Source: an uncultured beta proteobacterium
GTDB lineage: Bacteria > Pseudomonadota > Gammaproteobacteria > Burkholderiales > Burkholderiaceae
NCBI GenBank assembly: GCA_903845455.1
Contig: CAIMXN010000304.1
Coordinates: 1-54,792, forward strand
Direction: 5' to 3'
DNA length: 54,792 bases
The notes under the pieces are model-generated. The model was not told where the DNA came from. It did not search any database and worked only from the letters and a program-made list of their open reading frames with translations. This document shows, one piece after another, positions 27,678 through 36,357 of the stretch; within the stretch, counting starts at the first letter, position 1, and each line of letters starts with the position of its first letter. The position numbers were made by a program, and so were the translations under genes.

Positions 27678-28184
27678 GTGAAAACTAAAACTCAGCAATC
27701 TGGCTTTACTCTCGTCGAATTACTGGTGGTGATTGCCATTATTGGTATCTTGACCGCCATTGGTGTACCAATGTACAACGGCTATCAAGCCTCAGCGAAG
27801 GTTAGCGCAACCAAGCAAAACTTTGACTCTATGAAGACCTTTATTGCTGGTGAAGTCACTAAGTGTTCTGCAGGTCTAGTGCCTACTTTGGCCGATCCTA
27901 AGGCAGGTGGCGCAACGATTACCTGTCCATCCGGTCTTTCTGCTACGACAGGAGCAACGTATTTCGCTGCTTATGGCTTGGCAACAATGAAAAACCCCTA
28001 CAACACTTCTTCCTTAACTGCTGTGAACGGCACAGTACCGCCAGCAAATCCAGGTGAACTAGGTATTAGTGGAGCGGCAACTGCCAGCTGCCCAACCGGT
28101 CTTTCCATTCAGACTTTAATCTTGGATTCTGCCGGTGCTAATCAAAATTATCCTGTTGCCGCTGAGTGTATTAATGTTCAGTAA
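27678..28184 (+). CDS. pilA: Type IVa major pilin
   Basis: SG|FTLVELLVVIAIIGIL class III signal; GTG start with a GGAGG RBS at 27667 (the track's 27618 start is over-extended); paired Cys; own terminator. Confidence 0.88.
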   Translation: MKTKTQQSGFTLVELLVVIAIIGILTAIGVPMYNGYQASAKVSATKQNFDSMKTFIAGEVTKCSAGLVPTLADPKAGGATITCPSGLSATTGATYFAAYGLATMKNPYNTSSLTAVNGTVPPANPGELGISGAATASCPTGLSIQTLILDSAGANQNYPVAAECINVQ

Positions 28185-28225
28185 GATTGTTCAGGGCTAA
28201 GATTTAGTTTTAGCTTCTACAGACT

Positions 28226-28255
28226 AAATGGCCCGTTTATACGGGTCATTTTTTT
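28226..28255 (+). terminator. Rho-independent terminator after pilA
   Basis: AAATGGCCCGT-TTAT-ACGGGTCATTT followed by a T-tract. Confidence 0.85.
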
Positions 28256-28264
28256 GGGGGATAT

Positions 28265-28732
28265 ATGTTGCGTCACTTGCCATATCGATATCAAAAGCAG
28301 TTGGGTATCACCTTAATGGAGCTTTTAATTACGGTTGCCATCATTGCCATTTTGGCAGCTGTGGGTGCGCCACTGTATACCAACAATCTGCGGGTTGCTA
28401 AAAATGCGGATGCTCAAAATACGCTTAAGAGTATTTTCTTGATGGAAAAAAATTACTTTGCAGAAAATTATTGCTATTACATTACACCTGGTAGTGGCGA
28501 TCAAACGAGCAGTATTAATCAGTACGTGATGGGATCAAGCACCCCAACAACGGGACCCATCGTCGTGGGTGCTAGTAATGATTTCTATTTTTATATTGCT
28601 GCTGGAACTGTTGGGTCGACAGGCAGTTGCACGGGCGCTAATTCGAATGACTATGTTGCCTACGCGCAATCGCGTAGTACTGCATCATTGATTTATTCGA
28701 TTAATCAACAGAATGTAAAGACAGGATTCTAG
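28265..28732 (+). CDS. pilE: PilE-like minor pilin
   Basis: LG|ITLMELLITVAIIAILAAV..P.Y; AKNADAQ..L..MEKNYF; YSINQQNVK tail. Confidence 0.8.
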   Translation: MLRHLPYRYQKQLGITLMELLITVAIIAILAAVGAPLYTNNLRVAKNADAQNTLKSIFLMEKNYFAENYCYYITPGSGDQTSSINQYVMGSSTPTTGPIVVGASNDFYFYIAAGTVGSTGSCTGANSNDYVAYAQSRSTASLIYSINQQNVKTGF

Positions 28733-28746
28733 TTTCTAGAAACTTT

Positions 28747-29595
28747 ATGTCAGATTCTTATACCTTTGCCAATCATGGATTTAGTCAGTTTGGCTTTTGG
28801 TATGTTTTCTTTTTAGGCATTATGGTTGGTAGTTTTTTAAACGTAGTGATCTATCGACTGCCTAAAGCACTCTTTGGTGATGACAGTACGACCGAAGATC
28901 AAACCAGTCGTTCCGTCTTTTCCTGTTTGATTCATCCAGGCTCTATTACGCCTTGCTGTCATCAGAAAATTGCCTGGTTTGACAATATCCCTTTATTTTC
29001 CTGGTTGCGCTTAAAGGGGAAATGCCGTTTTTGCGCCGCCCCCATCTCTCCTCGTTATTTCGTGGTTGAACTAGTGACTGGGATGAGTTTTGCGTGGGCT
29101 TATTTTCATTTTGGACAAACTTGGACAACGCTTTTTTACTGCCTGCTTTTGGCTATCTTGATTAGCCTTTTTTGGATCGATTTAGAAACGTTTTATTTAC
29201 CCGACTACCTCACCTATAGTGCGCTGTGGTTAGGCTTATTAGGAAGTGCCTTGGGCATCATTCATATCAATCCAATCAATTCTATTTTGGGTGCATGCGG
29301 TGGCTATTTATTACCGTGGTCAGTCAATTATTTGTATTGGCTATGGCGCAAGCGCGATGGCTTTGGCGGTGGAGACTTTAAGTTGCTCGCAGTATTTGGT
29401 GCTTGGTTAGGCTTTTCAGCCATCATGCCTATTTTAGCTATTGCCAGCCTGCTGGGTCTAGTCAGTACCGGTTTACTGATGCTCATTCGTAAAGAAAAGC
29501 TCAGCCTTGAGAGAATGTTGCCCTTTGGGCCGTTCTTGATCATGGCAGGTAGCTACCTCATGATGTATGGCACACCTACTTGGTTTTTTCATTGA
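28747..29595 (+). CDS. pilD: Prepilin peptidase/N-methyltransferase
   Basis: GSFLNVVIYRLP, DNIPLFSWL.LKGKCRFC, IDLE..LPD, GGGDFKL, PFGPFL. Confidence 0.95.
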   Translation: MSDSYTFANHGFSQFGFWYVFFLGIMVGSFLNVVIYRLPKALFGDDSTTEDQTSRSVFSCLIHPGSITPCCHQKIAWFDNIPLFSWLRLKGKCRFCAAPISPRYFVVELVTGMSFAWAYFHFGQTWTTLFYCLLLAILISLFWIDLETFYLPDYLTYSALWLGLLGSALGIIHINPINSILGACGGYLLPWSVNYLYWLWRKRDGFGGGDFKLLAVFGAWLGFSAIMPILAIASLLGLVSTGLLMLIRKEKLSLERMLPFGPFLIMAGSYLMMYGTPTWFFH

Positions 29596-29686
29596 GCTTT
29601 CCAAATGCACGCATACATTGATCAACATGATTTCAAAATAGCATTGCAAATCGAACTAAAAAAAGATAGAGGACAAAGGTAAGAAT

Positions 29687-30688
29687 ATGAGCATGATTGA
29701 AAAAGCACTGGCATATGTTGCGGCTTATAAATTATCCGATTTGCATTTTCATGAAAATGAACCTGTATCGATTCGGGTTGATGGCGTGATTCAAACCTTC
29801 CCAGAAGATATCTTGACAGCATCTGAGATGAATCAATTCATTGAGCAACAACTGAGCAAAGAACAGCAAATTGATTTCATGCAAAATTTAGATGCTGACT
29901 TAGCCGTTGAAGCTGGCAATATTCGGTTTAGGGTGAATCTTTTTAAAACCTCTCGTGGCTTAGCTGCCGTCATGCGCAAAATTGAAACGCAGATTCCAGC
30001 ATTTGATGTGCTTGGGTTACCGCCCGTTGCCAGGGATGTGATTGAACTGGAGAATGGCTTAATCTTGGTGACAGGACCAACGGGTTCTGGCAAATCAACT
30101 ACATTGGCGGCGATGATTGATCGTATTAATCGTACCCGCCATGAGCACATCATCACGATTGAAGATCCGATTGAGTTCATCCATCAAAATCAAAAATGCG
30201 TTGTTTCACAGCGTGAGGTGAAAAGAGATACCTTGTCTTTCTCTTCCGCTTTGCGAGCATCATTGCGTGAAGATCCCGATGTCATTCTGGTAGGTGAGTT
30301 GCGTGATTTAGAAACCATTCAATTGGCGCTGACTGCTGCAGAGACTGGCCATTTAGTCTTCGGCACTTTACATACCAGTGGGGCGCCTAATACGATCAAC
30401 CGTATTATTGACGTATTTCCGCCGCAACAACAAGATCAGGTTAGGGCTCAGCTCTCGCAATCGCTGCGATTGGTGATGACGCAACGCCTGATAAAACGTA
30501 AAGATGCGCCAGGACGGATTGGCGCATTTGAGGTGATGACCTGCAACCCAGCGGTACGTAACCTGATTCGCGAAAACAAGGTCTTTCAAATTCCAAGCGT
30601 CATGCAGACCGCTAGAGGTGAGGGCATGATGACGATGGAGTCATCATTACAGCAGTTGGTACAGTCCGGGCAAATTGAGGCCACATGA
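29687..30688 (+). CDS. pilT: Pilus retraction ATPase PilT
   Basis: GPTGSGKSTT, TIEDPIE, LREDPDVILVGE, AAETGHLV, AVRNLIRE. Confidence 0.95.
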   Translation: MSMIEKALAYVAAYKLSDLHFHENEPVSIRVDGVIQTFPEDILTASEMNQFIEQQLSKEQQIDFMQNLDADLAVEAGNIRFRVNLFKTSRGLAAVMRKIETQIPAFDVLGLPPVARDVIELENGLILVTGPTGSGKSTTLAAMIDRINRTRHEHIITIEDPIEFIHQNQKCVVSQREVKRDTLSFSSALRASLREDPDVILVGELRDLETIQLALTAAETGHLVFGTLHTSGAPNTINRIIDVFPPQQQDQVRAQLSQSLRLVMTQRLIKRKDAPGRIGAFEVMTCNPAVRNLIRENKVFQIPSVMQTARGEGMMTMESSLQQLVQSGQIEAT

Positions 30689-31245
30689 AGCAAAGGGGCG
30701 TGAGCTTTCTTGAAATTATTGTGGTCGTGGGGATTCTGATGATCGTCAGTGCCTTTGTATCTCCTTCCATCATGGACTGGCGCAGTAAGCGCGCCCTGGA
30801 GTCTGATTATTTGGCCTTACTCTCCAACATCGATTTTTTAAAGACTCGCGTCCGCACTATCAATGGGACTGGCTTACTAATATGCAGTAGCCCCACACGC
30901 TTGAGCTATCAAATTTCTTCTAACCCACAATCATCGTCCTCGGTCGTTTCAAGTAGCTTTACGAGCAATATTGTTGAAAACCCTCTGACTAAAGATCCCA
31001 ATTTTAATATTCTCACTGGTGAATCTTCGCTGGTCAGTTTGATTTGCTCTGCTGGGAGAGGTATTTTTGCTACCAATGGCTTAGCAGGTGTTGAGGGTAG
31101 TGGCAGTGCGATTGATATTGAAGTGAATCGTGGCGGCAATCGTGCCAGCTACGGGGCCTATCGGGTCTTGGTCAATCAAACCACTGGCTTTGTGCAGAAA
31201 TACAAATGGCAGCAGTCTACAGGTTTATGGATAGAACAAGACTAA
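30685..31245 (+). CDS. FimT/FimU-like minor pilin
   Basis: RG|VSFLEIIVVVGIL; first gene of the minor-pilin set. Confidence 0.75.
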   Translation: MKQRGVSFLEIIVVVGILMIVSAFVSPSIMDWRSKRALESDYLALLSNIDFLKTRVRTINGTGLLICSSPTRLSYQISSNPQSSSSVVSSSFTSNIVENPLTKDPNFNILTGESSLVSLICSAGRGIFATNGLAGVEGSGSAIDIEVNRGGNRASYGAYRVLVNQTTGFVQKYKWQQSTGLWIEQD

Positions 31246-31712
31246 GCCTCTCTTCTCACAAACGTTCCCTAGGCTTTACTTTGGTTGAAGCCATGGTTGC
31301 TATGGTGATCTTCACCATTGGGTTTAGTGGGCTCTATTTTTTCTTTGGGATCGCCCAACAAGTGATCGCCGATTCTGAAAAAAGAATGTATGTGAACTTA
31401 ATGGCCGATCGCATTATTGAAACGATTGCGGCGCAGGCTATGCGTCCCACCACCGATTCATTAAACCCTTTTACTAACCCCAGTCAATATGCCGGCAGTT
31501 TAGCGACCTGCAACTACTCAGCCACAGATGATCGTCAGGCATGGTGTACGGATTTAAATGCCAATATTGGAGCATTAAATACGGCTTCAGGCTTAGAAAT
31601 TAGACAGATAGATGTTAGCAATGACGGTACTGGCCTCATTGTGAATGTGAGCTTGGTCACGAATGGTGGAACAGTCAGTGCGTATTTCACTCGCAAGTTG
31701 AGGAAAATATGA
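31227..31712 (+). CDS. pilV: PilV-like minor pilin
   Basis: LG|FTLVEAMVAMVIFTIG; DRQAW segment; position in the fimT-V-W-X-Y1 order. Start 31206 or 31227. Confidence 0.75.
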   Translation: MDRTRLSLSSHKRSLGFTLVEAMVAMVIFTIGFSGLYFFFGIAQQVIADSEKRMYVNLMADRIIETIAAQAMRPTTDSLNPFTNPSQYAGSLATCNYSATDDRQAWCTDLNANIGALNTASGLEIRQIDVSNDGTGLIVNVSLVTNGGTVSAYFTRKLRKI

Positions 31713-32386
31713 GAACACCCAACAAGCAACAGGGCGGATATACACTGGTTGAGTTATTGGTAGCCTTGGCAGTTTCGTCGATTGTGATTGCGGGAACTTA
31801 CGCAGGGTATTCCTTTTTTTCACAGCAACAGCAAGTGCTGACAGCTCAAACTGAAGTCGATCGCAATGCCTTAAGAGCCATTGATTTATTTAAGTCAGAT
31901 GTGCGGATGGCAGGCTATTTAGATTACAACGATATCAACCCCATGACAGGGAGTCAGGCCATTAAGATTTTATCGGCCAATCCTGGCGATATTATTTTTG
32001 TCTATGATGATTACGATAATTTAGGTGTTCTATACAGAACCTTGATTCGCTATTACTTAAGTCCTTATGCACCAACTGGCGGGACTAGTAGAAATCGCTT
32101 AATGCGCGAGTGGCGTAAGTGCAGTAATCCAGCTTCATTTTGTGATTTAGCCAGCTCCACCCCTGTTTATGGCAGCACTACTGGTGAGCCTGTTTTGGAT
32201 TGGGTAAAAACATTTACCGTGCAAGGTTTAAATGCAAAGTCTTCCGGAACGTTCAGCGGTCAATTTCAAACGATTCAGGCTTATTTATTAATTCAATCGC
32301 CTCGTAAGATTGATGGTAGCAGCCGCATCGTGACAAAAAATTTCACCATTATTACGAGGGCAAAAAATGTGTCACTTGTCCCGTAA
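31709..32386 (+). CDS. pilW: PilW-like minor pilin
   Basis: GG|YTLVELLVALAV; DVRMAGY motif. Confidence 0.82.
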   Translation: MRTPNKQQGGYTLVELLVALAVSSIVIAGTYAGYSFFSQQQQVLTAQTEVDRNALRAIDLFKSDVRMAGYLDYNDINPMTGSQAIKILSANPGDIIFVYDDYDNLGVLYRTLIRYYLSPYAPTGGTSRNRLMREWRKCSNPASFCDLASSTPVYGSTTGEPVLDWVKTFTVQGLNAKSSGTFSGQFQTIQAYLLIQSPRKIDGSSRIVTKNFTIITRAKNVSLVP

Positions 32387-32996
32387 ACCCATCTTAGTTA
32401 ATCCCCATTTACTGCGCAGATCTCAGGAGCAGTCGGGGATTGCGCTGGTCGTGACGCTAATCTTGTTATTGGTGTTAATGGTAATGGGGGCAGGGGTTTC
32501 GTATATCGCTACCATGCAGTCTGATTTGGTTGCAGCGGTTGCCAATAAACCGATTTCGATCGAGGCCGGAGAAACCTGCTTTGATAATGCGATTGAATGG
32601 TTTGCCACTTCAGCCGGTAATTCATGGATCAAAGGCGTGGGAACAGCTTATGATTTAGCCGCTACTGGAGCCCCGCTAAATGGCAAGACTATGCTGGCAG
32701 ATACGATCCCGCTAGGGCAAACCGATGCCAGAAGCGCTAAGTTTAAAGATAGAGCCGGTCGTGCCAGTTATTCATCTTGCCTGGTGCAGAAATTGGCGAG
32801 TACGGCCTCTTTAGGCATTGGTAATGAGGTGGGTACCAGTAATGGCTATGGCGTCTCTACTTTCACCTACACCATCAAAATCACATCGATTGGTAATTAC
32901 AACGTGCCTTTAACTGGAAGCGCGATCAATACGACCTTTTGGCAATCAAATTCTAGTCGTTCTGTCTTGGAGGCGGTGGTGCAATACACCCCGTAA
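32367..32996 (+). CDS. pilX: PilX-like minor pilin
   Basis: SG|IALVVTLILLLVL with no Glu5, as is typical of PilX; YTIKITSIG. Confidence 0.82.
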   Translation: MCHLSRKPILVNPHLLRRSQEQSGIALVVTLILLLVLMVMGAGVSYIATMQSDLVAAVANKPISIEAGETCFDNAIEWFATSAGNSWIKGVGTAYDLAATGAPLNGKTMLADTIPLGQTDARSAKFKDRAGRASYSSCLVQKLASTASLGIGNEVGTSNGYGVSTFTYTIKITSIGNYNVPLTGSAINTTFWQSNSSRSVLEAVVQYTP

Positions 32997-35900
32997 ATGA
33001 TGAACATGATGCATATAAAACTTCAACGTCAATTCTTCTGCGTTAGTTCTTTTTGGATCGCAAGCGCACTGCTCGCGCTGGGTGTGAACGCACAAAGTTT
33101 ACCGACTTTCGGCATTATTCATAACAGCACTACGACGGCGAGTCAGACTATTGCTCTGGGCGTCAATCCCGCAGGGCATTTAAATACTCCCACAGGATCT
33201 GGCACTGTGGCGAACAATGCTAATACCTTAAATTCAAGTCCTCCAGGTTCGGTAGGCACAGCTTATAAATGGGGTGGTGGTAAACCGATCTCTGGTAATG
33301 GTACGAACTACCCAGCTGGCTGGTACGACGGCACATCGCCAGGGAGTAAATGGGAAGGATGGGGCGCAAGTGGAGCCTTACCCGTCACTGCTAAAGTGAT
33401 TTCTGCTTATGCCTCAGTAGATGCCGGTGGTATTTCAAGCAACATTACGGTGAAAAGTTTTGTGGTGGACTCCACCAGTATTAAATCTACAGTATGGATT
33501 AGTGATCCAGCAGATCTAACCAAGGCTCCGCTCTTAGAAGTGACGCATGTCTATGGGCCCACTTCGGGCACCACCAATCCCAATCTGTTTCAAGCGCTAG
33601 TCACGATCACCAATATTTCTGGGGGCACTCTCACTGATGTTCGTTACCGTCGCATCATGGACTGGGACATGTTGAATAATCTGACGACGGTTTATACCGA
33701 CATGGTAGGGGTGGCAGCCTCTTATGGAAGTACGTATACCCCAAAGGTATTTGATGCTTGTGATAACGGGGGTGCCCATTATTCGATTACCCCAGATCCT
33801 TCAGTAGCTTGTAAACCAGCCCCCTTGCCCGTGACGACTTCTGTTCATGTGGATTACGCTGGGCTTGGTGGCACTGTCAACAATACGTCGACAAATTTAG
33901 GGGCTTCATTCACTTTCCAGTTTGGCGATTTATTGTGTAACGAGTCTGCCATTTTCTATATTTATTATGGTGCTGGAGCTTCCAAGGCTGAGGTTACGAA
34001 TGCCCTCAATATAGTTGGGGCAAGCATTTATTCATTAGGTTATGACATTAACTATCCAACGATCGCTTATGGCTTCGGCTTTAAGGGTGTTAGTGGTTCT
34101 GCAGTAGCGCCTACCTTGCCAACCAAGACTGCCTCTTTGCCAGCAGGAAGTAGCACCAGTCAGAATGTATGGCAAACCTATGCACCTCCAGTGTTAGGAG
34201 ATTCAACCATTTATCAAGCGCTTTTCAAATACCAAAAAGACAAACAGTGGATTGGTGAGATTAAGCGTTATGACTTAGATGCTACTGGTGCGATTTCTAC
34301 AAATGCACCCGTTACGGCGCAAGCAAAATTATTAACGAGAGCTGCTGTTAATGGATCTTTTGCCAATGGCGGTAGATCGATTTGGACGGTAGGTTATGAC
34401 CCAACGTGTATGTCATCAGCATTACCGCTTGATGGGACGTATAACAATGTCACGATCGCCAATAGCACCAAGTTAGAAAGTTTGCTGTACAACTGTCCCG
34501 CTACTTCGAATGCGACCGCCACCCAAGACTTGGTGAACTTTGTGAGAGGTTTGAATTCTTCTTGGGAGGAGAGCTCTGCTACTACCGCAGTGCGAAGTTC
34601 AGTGCTCGGCGATACCTATCATTCTGAAATGGTGATGGTTGGCGCCCCCAATGCTCCTTGGAGTTCAGATGTAGCGACCTTTGGTAAATCAGAGGCCTAT
34701 TATCGCTACCTACATGATTACAGCTCGTTTATGAGTGCCAATGCTACTCGTAGATCACAACTCTATGTTGGTTCAAACGATGGCATGATGCATGCCTTCG
34801 ATGCAGATTTGAATGAGCGTTGGGCATTTATTCCGCCAGCAGTGATGCCGATGCTGCGAAATGAGACTGGCAGTAAGGGCTTGAATGCTGGATCAGGAAC
34901 TAGCAATAGTATTTTTAGCGTTGACGGACCGATTACCGTAAAAGATGTTTATTTTTACGGCCAAGGTGTTTGGAAAACGGTCTTGATGGGTGGCTTGGGT
35001 TGGGGCGGCAATGGCTATTACGCCCTAGACATTACCAATCCCGATGCACCTGCACATCTTTTTACGGTGAATAACGATACGACTAATAAAGCGATTAATT
35101 ACTGGGATGCGAGCGGTAAAAAATCAACTTTTGCTTATAGTTCTACTTGCACTACTTTTGATTATTCAAAACTGGGTGGGGCATGGTCAAGGCCAGTCAT
35201 TATGCTGTTGCCATATGTTGAAGGCTCAACCAATCAGCGTTGGATTGCTGCCTTTGGCGGTGGCTTTGCTGGTGGCGCTTCTTCTACCGGCACCACGTCT
35301 GCTAGCTCTTACGGTTCCTATGTATACGCATTAGAACTCGAACCAGATAGCACTAAATCGACGGCCTCGTGTGGTGCCACAGGATCATCGGTCGTCACTT
35401 CAACGGGTGGCCATGTTTTGGTGGCAGCACCCGTTGCTAGTGACACTACTTCGAATATTCCCAATGGCGTGACAGCCGATTTAACCGTCATTACTGGCGA
35501 TGGTACTTCCTTAGCCAATTACTATGGCGGTTTAGCGTATTTCACTGATTTACAAGGTAAATTGTGGAAGATGAACCTCAGCAAGCAAAGCTTGACTGAT
35601 AGTAATGCGGGATTATTTACCCTGTACGAGTCCTTTTTAGACCAAGCTAGCCTAGCAAATGACCGTCTGGCCTATAACCAATTGGGTTCTACGATTGTTT
35701 CTGGAACGGCAGCGAATGGTGCCACGGTGAACCGACTTTTTAACTACTTTGGCTCTGGAGATCAGATTAGGCTACAAAGGCGGGTTTCTACCATCAATAA
35801 CCGCATCTTTGGGGTCATGGATTCAGATTTCCCAGCTACACTGCTGACCCAAACCAACCAGACCGTTAGCACCTTTACCAACGTCAATAGCCAGCAGTGT

Positions 35901-36302
35901 TCGGTGAATAACTCTTGGTATGCCGATGTTTACGCCAAAACCGGGGTCAGTCCCGCAGCCGATTATCAAAAAGTGATTGGGCGGGCTGCCGTATATAACA
36001 AGTATGTGTATTTCACAGCCTATCGCCCAGAAGACTTATCTTGCCCGCTTTACGGTACTAGTCGCCTCATTGAGGTGACTGATAGTTGCCTGACTGGAAG
36101 TGGCGGAGCCCTCATTGGCCAAGGCTTAGCCAGCGCCCCAGTAGTTGATGGTAAGGGCAATATTTACGTGGGAATGAGTAACCTAGCCCCAGGCTCTACG
36201 CTGGCTAGTGGGCGGGATAACTTAGCCAAGTACAACTCAAGTAATGCAAGCCCAACGGGGCAGGTTAAATATAAGTCTTGGCGTGAAAAAAAGGTATATT
36301 GA
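32997..36302 (+). CDS. pilY1: PilY1/PilC tip adhesin
   Basis: C-terminal beta-propeller motifs LGDTYHS, YVGSNDGMMHAF, ERWAFIP, VDG, WKTVL.GG, YYALDIT, FGSGD, and final YKSWRE. Confidence 0.9.
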   Translation: MMNMMHIKLQRQFFCVSSFWIASALLALGVNAQSLPTFGIIHNSTTTASQTIALGVNPAGHLNTPTGSGTVANNANTLNSSPPGSVGTAYKWGGGKPISGNGTNYPAGWYDGTSPGSKWEGWGASGALPVTAKVISAYASVDAGGISSNITVKSFVVDSTSIKSTVWISDPADLTKAPLLEVTHVYGPTSGTTNPNLFQALVTITNISGGTLTDVRYRRIMDWDMLNNLTTVYTDMVGVAASYGSTYTPKVFDACDNGGAHYSITPDPSVACKPAPLPVTTSVHVDYAGLGGTVNNTSTNLGASFTFQFGDLLCNESAIFYIYYGAGASKAEVTNALNIVGASIYSLGYDINYPTIAYGFGFKGVSGSAVAPTLPTKTASLPAGSSTSQNVWQTYAPPVLGDSTIYQALFKYQKDKQWIGEIKRYDLDATGAISTNAPVTAQAKLLTRAAVNGSFANGGRSIWTVGYDPTCMSSALPLDGTYNNVTIANSTKLESLLYNCPATSNATATQDLVNFVRGLNSSWEESSATTAVRSSVLGDTYHSEMVMVGAPNAPWSSDVATFGKSEAYYRYLHDYSSFMSANATRRSQLYVGSNDGMMHAFDADLNERWAFIPPAVMPMLRNETGSKGLNAGSGTSNSIFSVDGPITVKDVYFYGQGVWKTVLMGGLGWGGNGYYALDITNPDAPAHLFTVNNDTTNKAINYWDASGKKSTFAYSSTCTTFDYSKLGGAWSRPVIMLLPYVEGSTNQRWIAAFGGGFAGGASSTGTTSASSYGSYVYALELEPDSTKSTASCGATGSSVVTSTGGHVLVAAPVASDTTSNIPNGVTADLTVITGDGTSLANYYGGLAYFTDLQGKLWKMNLSKQSLTDSNAGLFTLYESFLDQASLANDRLAYNQLGSTIVSGTAANGATVNRLFNYFGSGDQIRLQRRVSTINNRIFGVMDSDFPATLLTQTNQTVSTFTNVNSQQCSVNNSWYADVYAKTGVSPAADYQKVIGRAAVYNKYVYFTAYRPEDLSCPLYGTSRLIEVTDSCLTGSGGALIGQGLASAPVVDGKGNIYVGMSNLAPGSTLASGRDNLAKYNSSNASPTGQVKYKSWREKKVY

Positions 36303-36357
36303 GCCCTATGACTTTTATATATACTTTTGACATATTTTGCGATTTATTGGCTTCTGA

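Noticed and set aside
27678-28732. Pilin antigenic-variation cassettes, invertible elements or a DGR
   Set aside because: No silent pilin copies, recombinase, reverse transcriptase or template/variable repeat pair was seen; the second pilin is a normal PilE-like gene.
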